A stretch of 64,000 nt of DNA from a bacterium (GCA_021791415.1 JAJYWQ010000064.1:4476-68475); one strand, 5' to 3'; positions 28,999 through 37,897 are shown, counted from the stretch's first letter. Made by a program: numbers and translations. The notes: generated from the sequence alone by a model not told the origin.

Positions 28999-30576
28999 AT
29001 GCCGCTCGACGGAGTAGTCCCCTTCCCCGCGGAGTTCCAGCAGCGCTACCGAGCACGGGGATACTGGGAGGACCGGTCCATGGACCAGGTCTTCCGCGAG
29101 GCCTTTGAGCGCCACGGCGACCGCATCGCCTTGGTCTTCGGGGAGGAGAGCATCAGCTACCGCGAGCTCGCGGCCCGGTCGGAGAGGCTGGCCAGCTACC
29201 TGTGGGCCGAGGGCCTGAGACCGCTGGACCGGGTGGTGGTCCACCTCCCCAACTCTCCGGCCTTCGTCTACCTGCACTTCGCCCTGCAGCGGATCGGAGT
29301 GCTGCCGATCATGGCCCTGGCCGCCCACCGCCGGTACGAGATCGACCACTACGTGCGGCTGGCGGAGGCCACCGCCTACTTCGGAACCGACCCGGGACTG
29401 GCTGGCGAGATCCGGGAGCTGCACCCCGGCCTGCGGCTGCTGCTGACCGGCGACGAGCTCCTGCATCCCCCCTCCGCCCCTCCGGCCCCAGCTTTGGATG
29501 TCGACCCCACCGATCCCTGTGTGCTGCTCCTCTCCGGGGGCACAACGGGGATCCCCAAGCTGATCCCCCGCACCCACAACGATTACGTCTACAACACCAA
29601 GGCGGCGTGCAGGGCTCAGGAGATCTCCGCGGACACGGTGCAGCTGTGCGTGCTCCCCCTGGCCCACAACTACCCCCTTGCCTGCCCCGGCATCCAGGGG
29701 GTCTTCCTCAATGGGGGGAGGGTCATCCTGGGCTCGAGCAGCCGGCCCGAGCACGTGCTGCCCCTCATAGAGCGGCACCGGGTGACCCACGTGGGTGGGG
29801 TGCCCGCTCTCTACATCCGCTGGCTGGCCGACCGCCTGGCGGAGAGCTCTGACCTCTCCTCGGTGCTTCTGTTGCAGTCGGGCGGCCAGCGGCTGCAGCC
29901 GGAGCTCCGCCGGCAGCTGGCCCGCACCTTCCCCAATGCTTTCGTGCAGGAGAACTTCGGCATGAGCGAAGGGACACTGTTCTTCACACGGAAGACCGAC
30001 CCCGAAGAGGTCCGGATGGAGACCGTGGGGGTGCCGGTGTGCCCCGACGACGAGGTCCGGCTCACCGATGAGGAGGGCCGGGAGGTCGCCCCGGGAGAGG
30101 TCGGGGAGCTGACGGTGAGAGGGCCGTACACCCTGAGGGGCTACTACCGGGCCGAGGACTACAACCAGCGGGTGTTCACCCCCGATGGCTTCTATCGCTC
30201 TGGGGACCTGATGCGCCAGCACCCCTCCGGCGCCTACCTGGTGGAGGGCCGGATCAAGGACCTCATCAACCGCGGGGGCGAGAAGATCAGTGCCGAGGAG
30301 GTGGAGAACCTCATCCTCACGCACCCTGGAGTCCGCAACGTGGCCTGCATCCCCCTCCCGGACCCGGTTCTCGGGGAGCGGATGTGCGCCTGTGTGATCC
30401 TCAAGGAGGGGGCCGAGCTTGACCTGGGAGGGCTCTCGACCCACCTGATGGACCTCGGGCTCGCCAAGTTCAAGCTTCCCGAGAGGGTGGAGGTGGTCGA
30501 CGAGTTCCCCCTCTCCACCTTCGGCAAGGTCTCGAAGAAGCAGCTGGCGGACCGGTTCGCCTCCCCGGGGGCCTGA
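28999..30576 (+). CDS. aryl-acid adenylating enzyme paralogue (EntE/DhbE-like)
   Basis: Track ORF 28945..30576. MPLDGVVPFPAEFQQRYRARGYWED N-terminus parallels the first copy. LLLSGGTTGIPKLIPRTHNDYVYN motif. Confidence 0.85.
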   Translation: MPLDGVVPFPAEFQQRYRARGYWEDRSMDQVFREAFERHGDRIALVFGEESISYRELAARSERLASYLWAEGLRPLDRVVVHLPNSPAFVYLHFALQRIGVLPIMALAAHRRYEIDHYVRLAEATAYFGTDPGLAGEIRELHPGLRLLLTGDELLHPPSAPPAPALDVDPTDPCVLLLSGGTTGIPKLIPRTHNDYVYNTKAACRAQEISADTVQLCVLPLAHNYPLACPGIQGVFLNGGRVILGSSSRPEHVLPLIERHRVTHVGGVPALYIRWLADRLAESSDLSSVLLLQSGGQRLQPELRRQLARTFPNAFVQENFGMSEGTLFFTRKTDPEEVRMETVGVPVCPDDEVRLTDEEGREVAPGEVGELTVRGPYTLRGYYRAEDYNQRVFTPDGFYRSGDLMRQHPSGAYLVEGRIKDLINRGGEKISAEEVENLILTHPGVRNVACIPLPDPVLGERMCACVILKEGAELDLGGLSTHLMDLGLAKFKLPERVEVVDEFPLSTFGKVSKKQLADRFASPGA

Positions 30577-30578
30577 GC

Positions 30579-31427
30579 TCAGCCAACCTCGGGGGCCGCT
30601 TCCTCCTCTTCCCCGAAGAGCAGGCGCCGGGAGTTGGTGTAGAGGATCTTGCGCTTCACCTCCTCCGGCAGTTCGATCTCCTGGAAGTCCCGCAGCCAGC
30701 GCTGGGCGGTCATCACCGGGGCGTCGGTGCCGAACAGCACCCGATCGGGGAATATCCCCTTGGCGTACTTCCAGACGGTTTCCGGGATGTACTTGGGCGA
30801 CCACCCGGAGAGCTCCAGGTAGCAGTTGCGCCGGATCCAAGTGACCGAGATCGCCTGGTTGACCCAGGGGAATCCGAAGTGGGCCAGGATCAGGCGGAGG
30901 TTGGGGAAGTCCAGGGCCACCTCGTCCAGGTGGGTGGGGTCCCCGTACTGCATCCGGCCACCTGACTGGTTGTGCCCGGTGTGGACCAGGACCGGGATTC
31001 CCAGCTCCTCGGCCTTGGCCCAGAGGGGATAGTGAGCACGGTCGTTGGGATAGAAGTGCTGGGTCGGGGGGTGGAGCTTGAGGCCGCGCATGCCCAGGTC
31101 CCGGACGGCGTGCTCCAGCTCCTCGATCGCCAGCTGATGCTTGTTGGGGTCGACGCTGGCGAAGCCCACGAAGCGGTCGGGGCGCTGGGCCACCAGGTCG
31201 GCAACCATCTCATTGGGGACCTTCCAGCCGTGGGTTGTCTCGCAGTCGAAGGCCAGGAGTGCGGCCAGCTCCACCCCGGCCTCGTCCATGGAGCGGACCA
31301 TGTCGTCCACGGTGATCGGCTTGCCGTCAAAGTTGAAGGTCTTACGGGCGTGGCCCCAGAACCACTCCGGGGTCACCGCCAGCACCTCCTCGGTGTACGG
31401 GTGCACGTGGATGTCAATCGATTTCAA
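30579..31427 (-). CDS. amidohydrolase-2 family protein
   Basis: 282 aa. MKSIDIHVHP N-terminus and conserved His/Asp positions of PF04909. Confidence 0.8.
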   Translation of the reverse strand: MKSIDIHVHPYTEEVLAVTPEWFWGHARKTFNFDGKPITVDDMVRSMDEAGVELAALLAFDCETTHGWKVPNEMVADLVAQRPDRFVGFASVDPNKHQLAIEELEHAVRDLGMRGLKLHPPTQHFYPNDRAHYPLWAKAEELGIPVLVHTGHNQSGGRMQYGDPTHLDEVALDFPNLRLILAHFGFPWVNQAISVTWIRRNCYLELSGWSPKYIPETVWKYAKGIFPDRVLFGTDAPVMTAQRWLRDFQEIELPEEVKRKILYTNSRRLLFGEEEEAAPEVG

Positions 31428-31471
31428 GGCCTGCTCCCCAACTTCCCCTTCGATTCACTGCAACTTGGCCG

Positions 31472-32236
31472 TCAGGTAGAGGCACTGTAGCCGCCGTCCA
31501 CCACCACCACCTCACCTGTCACGAACCGGGTGCCCTCGATCAGCGCCACCACCACCTCGGCCACGTCGTCTGCCGTCGCCACCCTGCGCATGGGGGTGTG
31601 GGCAGCTCGCCGCTGCATCAGCCGGTCGTAATCCTGCCCCAAGGTTTGCTCCATCCACTCCCCCAGCACCCATCCGGGAGCGACGGCGTTGACCCGGATC
31701 GCCGGCGCCAGCGCCCGAGCCAGGGTCCGGGTTAGATTGGCGACCGCGGCCTTGCTGGCGGCATACGGGAGGGGCTGGGCGCTGGGGCGCAGCCCGGCAA
31801 TGCTCGACATGTTGACCACCGCCGCCCGCTCCGACAGGCGCAGCATCGGCAGGACCGCCCGGGTCACCTGGAAGAGGCCGCGCACGTTGACGGCGAAGAC
31901 GCGGTCCCACTCCTCGAGCGCCACACCGTCCAGATCCTCCGGGGGAGCCTCGATGGTTACCCCGGCATTGTTGACCAGGGCGTCCAGCCTCCCGAACTCC
32001 CGCTCCACGGCCCCGGACATCGCGCGCACCTCCAGCTCCTGGCTGACGTCGGCGCGCACCACGAGGGCCCGGGCTCCCTGCTCGCGGACCAGCTCGGCCG
32101 CCTCCTGGGCAGGGCCCTCGGCTCGGCTGTAGTTGATGGCCACGTCGTACCCCAGACGGGCGAGGGCGACGGCGCTGGCCCGCCCCATCCCCCTGGAACC
32201 TCCGGTCACCAGCGCCGCCTTCCGGGTCCCGCTCAC
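31472..32236 (-). CDS. SDR-family oxidoreductase (FabG-like)
   Basis: Track ORF 31472..32335. Likely GTG start ~32236 (VSGTRKAALVTGGSRGMG, Rossmann TGxxxGxG) overlapping the upstream stop as GTGA. Catalytic YAASK. Confidence 0.8.
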   Translation of the reverse strand: MSGTRKAALVTGGSRGMGRASAVALARLGYDVAINYSRAEGPAQEAAELVREQGARALVVRADVSQELEVRAMSGAVEREFGRLDALVNNAGVTIEAPPEDLDGVALEEWDRVFAVNVRGLFQVTRAVLPMLRLSERAAVVNMSSIAGLRPSAQPLPYAASKAAVANLTRTLARALAPAIRVNAVAPGWVLGEWMEQTLGQDYDRLMQRRAAHTPMRRVATADDVAEVVVALIEGTRFVTGEVVVVDGGYSAST

Positions 32237-32787
32237 TGGCGGCCCTCCCCGGAGCCGAGGTCCAGCGACGCGCCGTTGAGGCTGACCTCGAGAGTGGTCG
32301 GCACCTCCACCTTGAACGTCTGGCTGGCATGGCACGCACGCTCGGCATGGCGGCAGAGCTCGGCCACCTGGGCCGGCGCTGCCGGGCTTTCCACCCGGAG
32401 CTGGAACGAGACCTGTTGAAAAGCCCCCGGCGGACCTCCCAGGTCGTACTTGTCGGCCAGGCTGAAGTTGGCCCGAACGTCCGCCTCCGCCGCCAGGATC
32501 TCCACTCCGTACAAGGGCGAAAACTTCGCCACCTGGGTGAGCATTCAGAACGCCGCTCCGGCCAGCAGGTACTGCAGGGGCCGGGGTGCTGAACCCGTCC
32601 CTCCCCCCTCCGGGGGCTCATCGGACTCCAGGGTGAAGGTGCCGACCCTCCCCACCATGTGCAGGTCCCGATCGATGTGCGCCACCGCTCGCTGGGTGAT
32701 CACGGGCCGAACCTCAGCTTCCTCCCTGGTTAGGCGGTAGGCGGCCCGCATCCGCTCCGGGTCGACGATGGGACGATCACTCATCGG
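32233..32787 (-). CDS. OsmC/Ohr-family peroxiredoxin-like protein with in-frame TGA at the peroxidatic-Cys position (Sec candidate or pseudogene)
   Basis: Track ORFs 32545..32838 and 32233..32544 are in the same frame, separated only by TGA at 32545-32547. The first ends ...GGGTGSAPRPLQYLLAGAAF. The second begins MLTQVAKF... and contains ACHASQTF. Alignment to E. coli OsmC (GTNPEELIGAAHAGC-FSMAL ... KAGCPVSQ) places the TGA exactly on the first catalytic Cys. Confidence 0.55.
32516..32530 (-). other. candidate bacterial SECIS-like hairpin downstream of the in-frame TGA
   Basis: mRNA UGA-AUGCUCACCCAGGU-GGCGAA-GUU(U)-UUCGCC: a perfect 6-bp stem beginning 15 nt after the UGA, with GU in the apical loop. 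Confidence 0.3.
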
Positions 32788-35080
32788 ATGCACCTCCGAG
32801 GTGGCGCCAGACCTTCTCCGGCGTGAATGGCGGGTCAACCAGCCCCGCCCCTATAGGGCTGAGGGCGTCGGCCACGGCGTTGGCGACGGCTGCCGGGATG
32901 GCGATGCATCCGCTCTCGGCCACCCCCTTGGTCCCCAAGGGGCTCAGGGGCGAGCGGGTGGGACGGAATTCCGTCACGATCTCCGTCCGGATGTCTGGCA
33001 GGGTGGGGACGGCGTAGCTCAGGAAGCTCTCGGTCAGCGCCTGGCCCTCGGGATCGTGGAGCACCTCTTCGAACAGCGCCGCCGCGAGCCCCTGGACGGT
33101 GGAGCCGATCACCTGGCCCTCGGCCAGGAGCGGGTTGACGACGATCCCGGCATCGTCAACCGCCACCAGCCGGTCCACCTCGACCCAACCGGTCTCCGGA
33201 TCCAGCTGCACGGTGGCGACGCAGGCCGAAGAGCCGAAGGCCAGGCCGGGAAGGGTGAACCGGCCGTCGCCCCGGAGTTCGGGAAGGTCGTCTGAGGTAT
33301 GGCCCCGCGCCGCGGCCTCCAGCTCCTCGAGGCCCACTCCCTCTCCCCCGGTGGACGGCACCACCCTGCCTCCCTTCCACTCCAGGCGCTCTTCCGGGAC
33401 GTCCAGGAGGTGAGCCGCCCAGATGAGGCAGCGGCGCCGGAGCTCCTCCAGGGCGAGGAGAACAGCCGAGCCGCCGACCGTCACCGAGCGACTGCCGAAG
33501 GTGCCGACGCCCAGTGGAACCTCGCGGGAGTCCCCGGAACGCACCTCGATGCGGCTGGGCTCCACCCCCATGGCGTCCGCGGCGATCTGGGCAAACGTGG
33601 TGGCGTGGCCCTGGCCGTGATCGCTCGAGCCGGGCAGGAGGACGATTCGACCGCCCTCACCCAGCACCGCCGCCGCGGTCTCCCAAGCGCTGTTCCCGCT
33701 GGACTCGACGGCCAGCGCCAGTCCCACTCCCCGCAACCTCCCTTGGGAGCGTTCCCGATCTCGCAGCTGGATCGCGGCGCCCCACGACGAGAGCTCCAGG
33801 GCGCGATCCAGGAGGCCGGGGTAGTCCCCGGAGTCGTACTCGGTGCCGAGAACTGTGCGGTAGGGGAAGTCGGAGGCCGCCACCAGGTTGCGGCGCCGGA
33901 TCTCCACCGGGTCCAGGTGCAGCCGGGCCGCGGCCAGGTCCACCAGCCGCTCGATGAAGTAGGCGGCCTCGGGACGCCCCGCACCCCGGTAGGGCCCTGT
34001 CGGGACCTTGTTGGTGGCCACTCCGACAACTGACACCTCTGCCGCAGGGATCCGGTAGGCGCCCGTGGCCAGGCTGGTGGCGGTCAGCGACACGACCGAG
34101 GTGTGCCCCAGGTGGTAGGCTCCGGCGTCCGCTAGGAGCTGGAGACGCAGCCCTCGGAAGGAGCCGTCCCCGCCCAGGCAGAGCTGGGCGTCCGCGTCCA
34201 TCCCCCGGCCCTGGTAGGCGGCCAGGAAGTTCTCCGAGCGGGTTTCCACCCACTTCACGGGGCGCCCGGAGCGGAGCGCCAGGAAGACCGCCACCAGATG
34301 CTCCGGTGCCAGCCCTCCCTTGCTCCCGAAAGCGCCCCCGACATCCGGGACCACCACCTGGACCCGCTCCTGCTCCCACCCCAGGAGCTGGGCCAGCTGC
34401 ACACGGGGACGGTGGGGATCCTGCGACGAGCACCAGAGGGTGAGCCGCGTGGCGTCCTCGGAGGCCACCGCCAGGCAGCCGCGCGGCTCCATCGGCGCCG
34501 CCTGCAGCCGGGGGATGGCGAAGCTTGCGGAGACCACCACCTCCGCGGCGGAGAAGGCGTCATCCACCGCACCGCCCGAGCGCTTCCAGCGGAAGAGGAC
34601 GTTGTCGGGGACCGTGGAGTGGACGGCGGGCCCACCGGAGAGTGCGGCCCTGATGCCCCCCACCGCCGGGAGAGCCTCCAGGTCCAACCCCACCAGGTCG
34701 CAGGCGTCCTCGGCCACGGCGCGGGAGTCAGCCAGGACCGCGGCCACCGGCTCGCCCTGGAAGCGCGCCTCCTCCCAGGCGAGCACCGGCATGGGAACCG
34801 GGGCCAGGACGAAGTCTGGTGGCAGCGGGATCGTGCTGAGGGGCAGGTGCCGCAGCGATTGCGGAAGGTCCGCAGCTGTGACCACGGCCTGGACCCCGGG
34901 GACGGCCAGAGCTCTAGCCGGATCCACTCCCCGGATCCGGCAATGCGGGAGCGGTGAGCGGACGAAGGCCACAAAGGCGCACCCCGCAGCGGGAAGATCG
35001 TCAAGGTAGGCACCGTGCCCGGTGATCAGCGGCTGATCCTCACGGCGTCGCTCTGGACGGCCGACCCAAGTTCCCGTCAA
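32777..35080 (-). CDS. molybdopterin-binding large subunit of xanthine dehydrogenase/aldehyde oxidase/CO-dehydrogenase family
   Basis: 767 aa, CoxL/XdhA-like throughout (GGAFGSK, PTGPYRGAGRPEA). No small Fe-S or FAD subunit genes adjacent. Confidence 0.85.
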   Translation of the reverse strand: MTGTWVGRPERRREDQPLITGHGAYLDDLPAAGCAFVAFVRSPLPHCRIRGVDPARALAVPGVQAVVTAADLPQSLRHLPLSTIPLPPDFVLAPVPMPVLAWEEARFQGEPVAAVLADSRAVAEDACDLVGLDLEALPAVGGIRAALSGGPAVHSTVPDNVLFRWKRSGGAVDDAFSAAEVVVSASFAIPRLQAAPMEPRGCLAVASEDATRLTLWCSSQDPHRPRVQLAQLLGWEQERVQVVVPDVGGAFGSKGGLAPEHLVAVFLALRSGRPVKWVETRSENFLAAYQGRGMDADAQLCLGGDGSFRGLRLQLLADAGAYHLGHTSVVSLTATSLATGAYRIPAAEVSVVGVATNKVPTGPYRGAGRPEAAYFIERLVDLAAARLHLDPVEIRRRNLVAASDFPYRTVLGTEYDSGDYPGLLDRALELSSWGAAIQLRDRERSQGRLRGVGLALAVESSGNSAWETAAAVLGEGGRIVLLPGSSDHGQGHATTFAQIAADAMGVEPSRIEVRSGDSREVPLGVGTFGSRSVTVGGSAVLLALEELRRRCLIWAAHLLDVPEERLEWKGGRVVPSTGGEGVGLEELEAAARGHTSDDLPELRGDGRFTLPGLAFGSSACVATVQLDPETGWVEVDRLVAVDDAGIVVNPLLAEGQVIGSTVQGLAAALFEEVLHDPEGQALTESFLSYAVPTLPDIRTEIVTEFRPTRSPLSPLGTKGVAESGCIAIPAAVANAVADALSPIGAGLVDPPFTPEKVWRHLGGASDE

Positions 35081-35224
35081 CTCAATGGCACTCCGACTCT
35101 CCCGGGGAAGCGCCGGTCAGGCCACGGTGGGGCCGACGAGAACCTACCGACGCTGGTGAGTAGGATTTTACGGCCAACGGACCCCGCGAATGGTGTGCCG
35201 GGAGCGACGTCGCCCGGGCCGGCT

Positions 35225-35608
35225 TCAGGGGGCCTGGTGCTGGGGACCGGCCCAAGACGAGGGCCGGCGCCCCGGTTCCTCTCGCAGGGAGCGCAGAGCC
35301 CGGCGGCCATCGCTGCCGGGCAGGAGCAGGTTGGTCATCAGCTCCACCGTCATCAGCAGCAGCAGGTACACCGTCTCCCCGGGGAAAATGAGGGCCGCGC
35401 CCGCCCACACGAGGGACTCTGCCAGCGGCCCGATGAGCCAGGCGCTGCGCAGCTCACGGGCGCTGGCGTTGGCTACTGCGAACTTCCAGCCCAGCCCGGG
35501 AAAGTGGAAGGATGGCCGGGGGTGGAGTCCAGCCAGCCGCAGCCGGACGTAGTGCGACCCCTCGTGGGCCACCAGAGCCACCACCAGGGTGAGCCAGAGT
35601 ACCGTCAC
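35225..35608 (-). CDS. putative small membrane HExxH metalloprotease-like protein
   Basis: 127-aa ORF, hydrophobic, with a HEGSH motif. Good GC3 bias. Confidence 0.3.
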   Translation of the reverse strand: MTVLWLTLVVALVAHEGSHYVRLRLAGLHPRPSFHFPGLGWKFAVANASARELRSAWLIGPLAESLVWAGAALIFPGETVYLLLLMTVELMTNLLLPGSDGRRALRSLREEPGRRPSSWAGPQHQAP

Positions 35609-35788
35609 CGCCCGTCCCTCCCCCAGGAGACCGGGTGCCGCATGAGCTCTCCTCCTAACCCCAGGTTAGGACGAAGCTGGAGGTGGCGCGGCCGGGGAAT
35701 TGCGGGCCCGGCTGGATGAGACCACCTGCGGACCGATCGCTCCGGAGCCTGGTCCCGACGGTGCCGGTTACTCCGCGGCCGATCGCTT

Positions 35789-36277
35789 CTAGTCGCGGCA
35801 GCTGACCCGGTGGCCCAGTGCCAGGGGATGTCCGTTCGGCCCGACGTTGCTCCCCACGATGTCCACCACCTGCCCCGAGTGGGCGTCCAGCGCCACCAGG
35901 AAGAAGGCCATCCGCCCGCTGTCCCGGAAGCAGGGGCCGCCCGGGGGCCCGCCCGACACCGCCCTGAGCCCCCAGGGAGGGATCGCGTCGAACACCCAGC
36001 AGGGATTGCAGGACAGCTTCCGGGACCCGTCGGAATACGAGAGCAGGGCGGCTCGATCCAGGGCCCAGCCCGGGCCGAGGTGGACCTCCGCCGCTGCCCG
36101 AGCGTCGGTGAAGCTGTCCAGCCTGGGTGCCGGACCAGAAGGTGGCCCCACGCGAACGCTGGCCGCGGCGAACTGGCGCTGGGTGAGTCCGAGGACCGTG
36201 GGCTGCCCTGGCCGCGAGATCAGGAGGTAGAGGCCGAGCGCGGCGCATGCGGCAAGCAGGCCGGGCACCATCCGCAT
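35789..36277 (-). CDS. hypothetical secreted/membrane-anchored protein
   Basis: Track ORF 35789..36376. Likely start at MRMVPGLLAACAALGLYLL (signal/TM). Confidence 0.3.
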   Translation of the reverse strand: MRMVPGLLAACAALGLYLLISRPGQPTVLGLTQRQFAAASVRVGPPSGPAPRLDSFTDARAAAEVHLGPGWALDRAALLSYSDGSRKLSCNPCWVFDAIPPWGLRAVSGGPPGGPCFRDSGRMAFFLVALDAHSGQVVDIVGSNVGPNGHPLALGHRVSCRD

Positions 36278-36523
36278 AAGCGCGCCTCTCGGCCAGGTGT
36301 CGCTCACGCCCCCCACTCCAGGGACTTTGACGGCGGTGCCGTGAACTTCATGGTCCCGCAGATTCTGGGCCCGCACCTGTGCCGAAGCAGGCCCGCGGAC
36401 GCGACCGTCGAGCGGGACCGGGGAGCATCCGACGGGCCATCAGAGGCGGCCTGGGCCCGCCATCGCACCATCTCTTCTCGGACAAGCTCCCACCCCGGCC
36501 CGGCCCCTCGCGGCATGGCTCGG

Positions 36524-37402
36524 TCAGGAAGTCCCTTTCGCCAGCCTGAGCTGCCGCGCCAGCTCCTCCAGCGCCCCCAGGTGGCCGTCCACACCTCCGA
36601 GACCGGCCCCCATCGTGTTAACCGAGACGTGGCTCGCTCCAGCGCTCTCCCAGGCACCCATCTCGTCCACCAGCCGGTCCAGCTCACCGGAGCGCAAGGT
36701 CACCCGCCCGTCCATGCCCAGGCTCTCGGGGTCCCGGCCGGCGCCCTCCGCACCGGCTGAGACTTCCGCGCGCGCCTCATCAAGTCGGGGCCCCGGCGGC
36801 ACCTGCGGAAACCAGCCGTCCCCCAGGCGGCCCGCCCGTCTCAGGGCGGGGGCGGTCTGCGCTCCGAACCAGACGGGAATGGGCCGCTGCAGGGGTGCGG
36901 GTGCCAGCCCGGCACCCGTGACCCGCTCGAAACGGCCTCGGTGGGTGACGGTACCGCCTCCCCAGAGTTCACGCAGCAGGGGGACCTGCTCCTCGAGCAT
37001 CGCGCCGCGAGCATGGAACGGCTTGCCCAGTGCCTCGTATTCGACGGCGTTCCAGCCCAGCCCGACCCCCAGCCTGAGGCGGCCGCCGCAGAGGAGGTCC
37101 ACCTCGGCAGCCTGCTTGGCGACCAGGGCGGTCTGCCGCTGGGGCAGGATGATGATCCCCGTCACCAGCTCCAGGGAGCAGATGGCCGACAGGTGTCCGA
37201 ACAGCACCAGCGGTTCGTGGAACGTGGTGTGGATGTCATACGGACCGCTCCAACCCTCATGGACGGAGGGGTCCGCGCCCAGAACGTGGTCATAGGCGAG
37301 CAGGTGCTGGAACCCCAGCCGCTCCACCCCGGTGGCATAGGCCCGGACGTCCTCCGCCCGTGAGCCGATCTCAGTCTGTGGAAAGACCACGCCTACCCTC
37401 AC
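36524..37402 (-). CDS. LLM-class F420-dependent oxidoreductase
   Basis: C-terminal ~290 aa of track ORF 36524..37675, starting near VRVGVVFPQTEIGS. Luciferase-like TIM-barrel sequence. Confidence 0.7.
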   Translation of the reverse strand: MRVGVVFPQTEIGSRAEDVRAYATGVERLGFQHLLAYDHVLGADPSVHEGWSGPYDIHTTFHEPLVLFGHLSAICSLELVTGIIILPQRQTALVAKQAAEVDLLCGGRLRLGVGLGWNAVEYEALGKPFHARGAMLEEQVPLLRELWGGGTVTHRGRFERVTGAGLAPAPLQRPIPVWFGAQTAPALRRAGRLGDGWFPQVPPGPRLDEARAEVSAGAEGAGRDPESLGMDGRVTLRSGELDRLVDEMGAWESAGASHVSVNTMGAGLGGVDGHLGALEELARQLRLAKGTS

Positions 37403-37492
37403 GCCATTCTGTCTACCACACCGGCCCCCCGGCGTGCCGGCGCTGGGCCCGGCTAGACTCCCGCAGAGTGCACGCCAACCAAGGGGAGAGAT

Positions 37493-37897
37493 GTGGTGCG
37501 TGGTTTCAAGAGCTTCCTGCTCCGCGGCAACTTGGTCGACCTGGCCATCGGCTTCGTTATCGGCGCGGCCTTTACCGCCCTCATCCAAGCCTTGGTGAAG
37601 GGATTGATCACTCCCTTGCTGGCCGCCCTCGCCGGCCAGCCCAACTTTTCGGCGCTCTACTTCACCCTTAACCACTCCCGATTCCTCTATGGGAGCGTGG
37701 TCAACGCCCTGCTCAGCTTCGTCCTGGTGGCGGCGGTTCTGTACTTTCTGGTGGTGCTGCCGTTCGAGTCGCTCCTGGCTCGGCTCCGCCCGGCGTCCGT
37801 GGCCCCCACCAAGACCTGCCCGGAGTGCCTCAGCGCGATTCCCCTGGAAGCTCGGCGCTGCGCCTATTGCACCAGCACACAGGCCAGCCCTGCCTGA
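37493..37897 (+). CDS. mscL: large-conductance mechanosensitive channel
   Basis: 134 aa. N-terminus MVRGFKSFLLRGNLVDLAIGFVIGAAF is the canonical MscL sequence. AAGGGGAGAG SD. Confidence 0.9.
   Translation: MVRGFKSFLLRGNLVDLAIGFVIGAAFTALIQALVKGLITPLLAALAGQPNFSALYFTLNHSRFLYGSVVNALLSFVLVAAVLYFLVVLPFESLLARLRPASVAPTKTCPECLSAIPLEARRCAYCTSTQASPA

Noticed and set aside
32545-32547. Treating the OsmC-like TGA simply as a gene boundary between two small proteins
   Set aside because: Neither fragment is a viable OsmC domain alone. Same-frame continuity, exact alignment of the TGA with the catalytic Cys, and the operon context make read-through (Sec) or a pseudogene the only sensible interpretations. 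I report it as one gene with an internal TGA.
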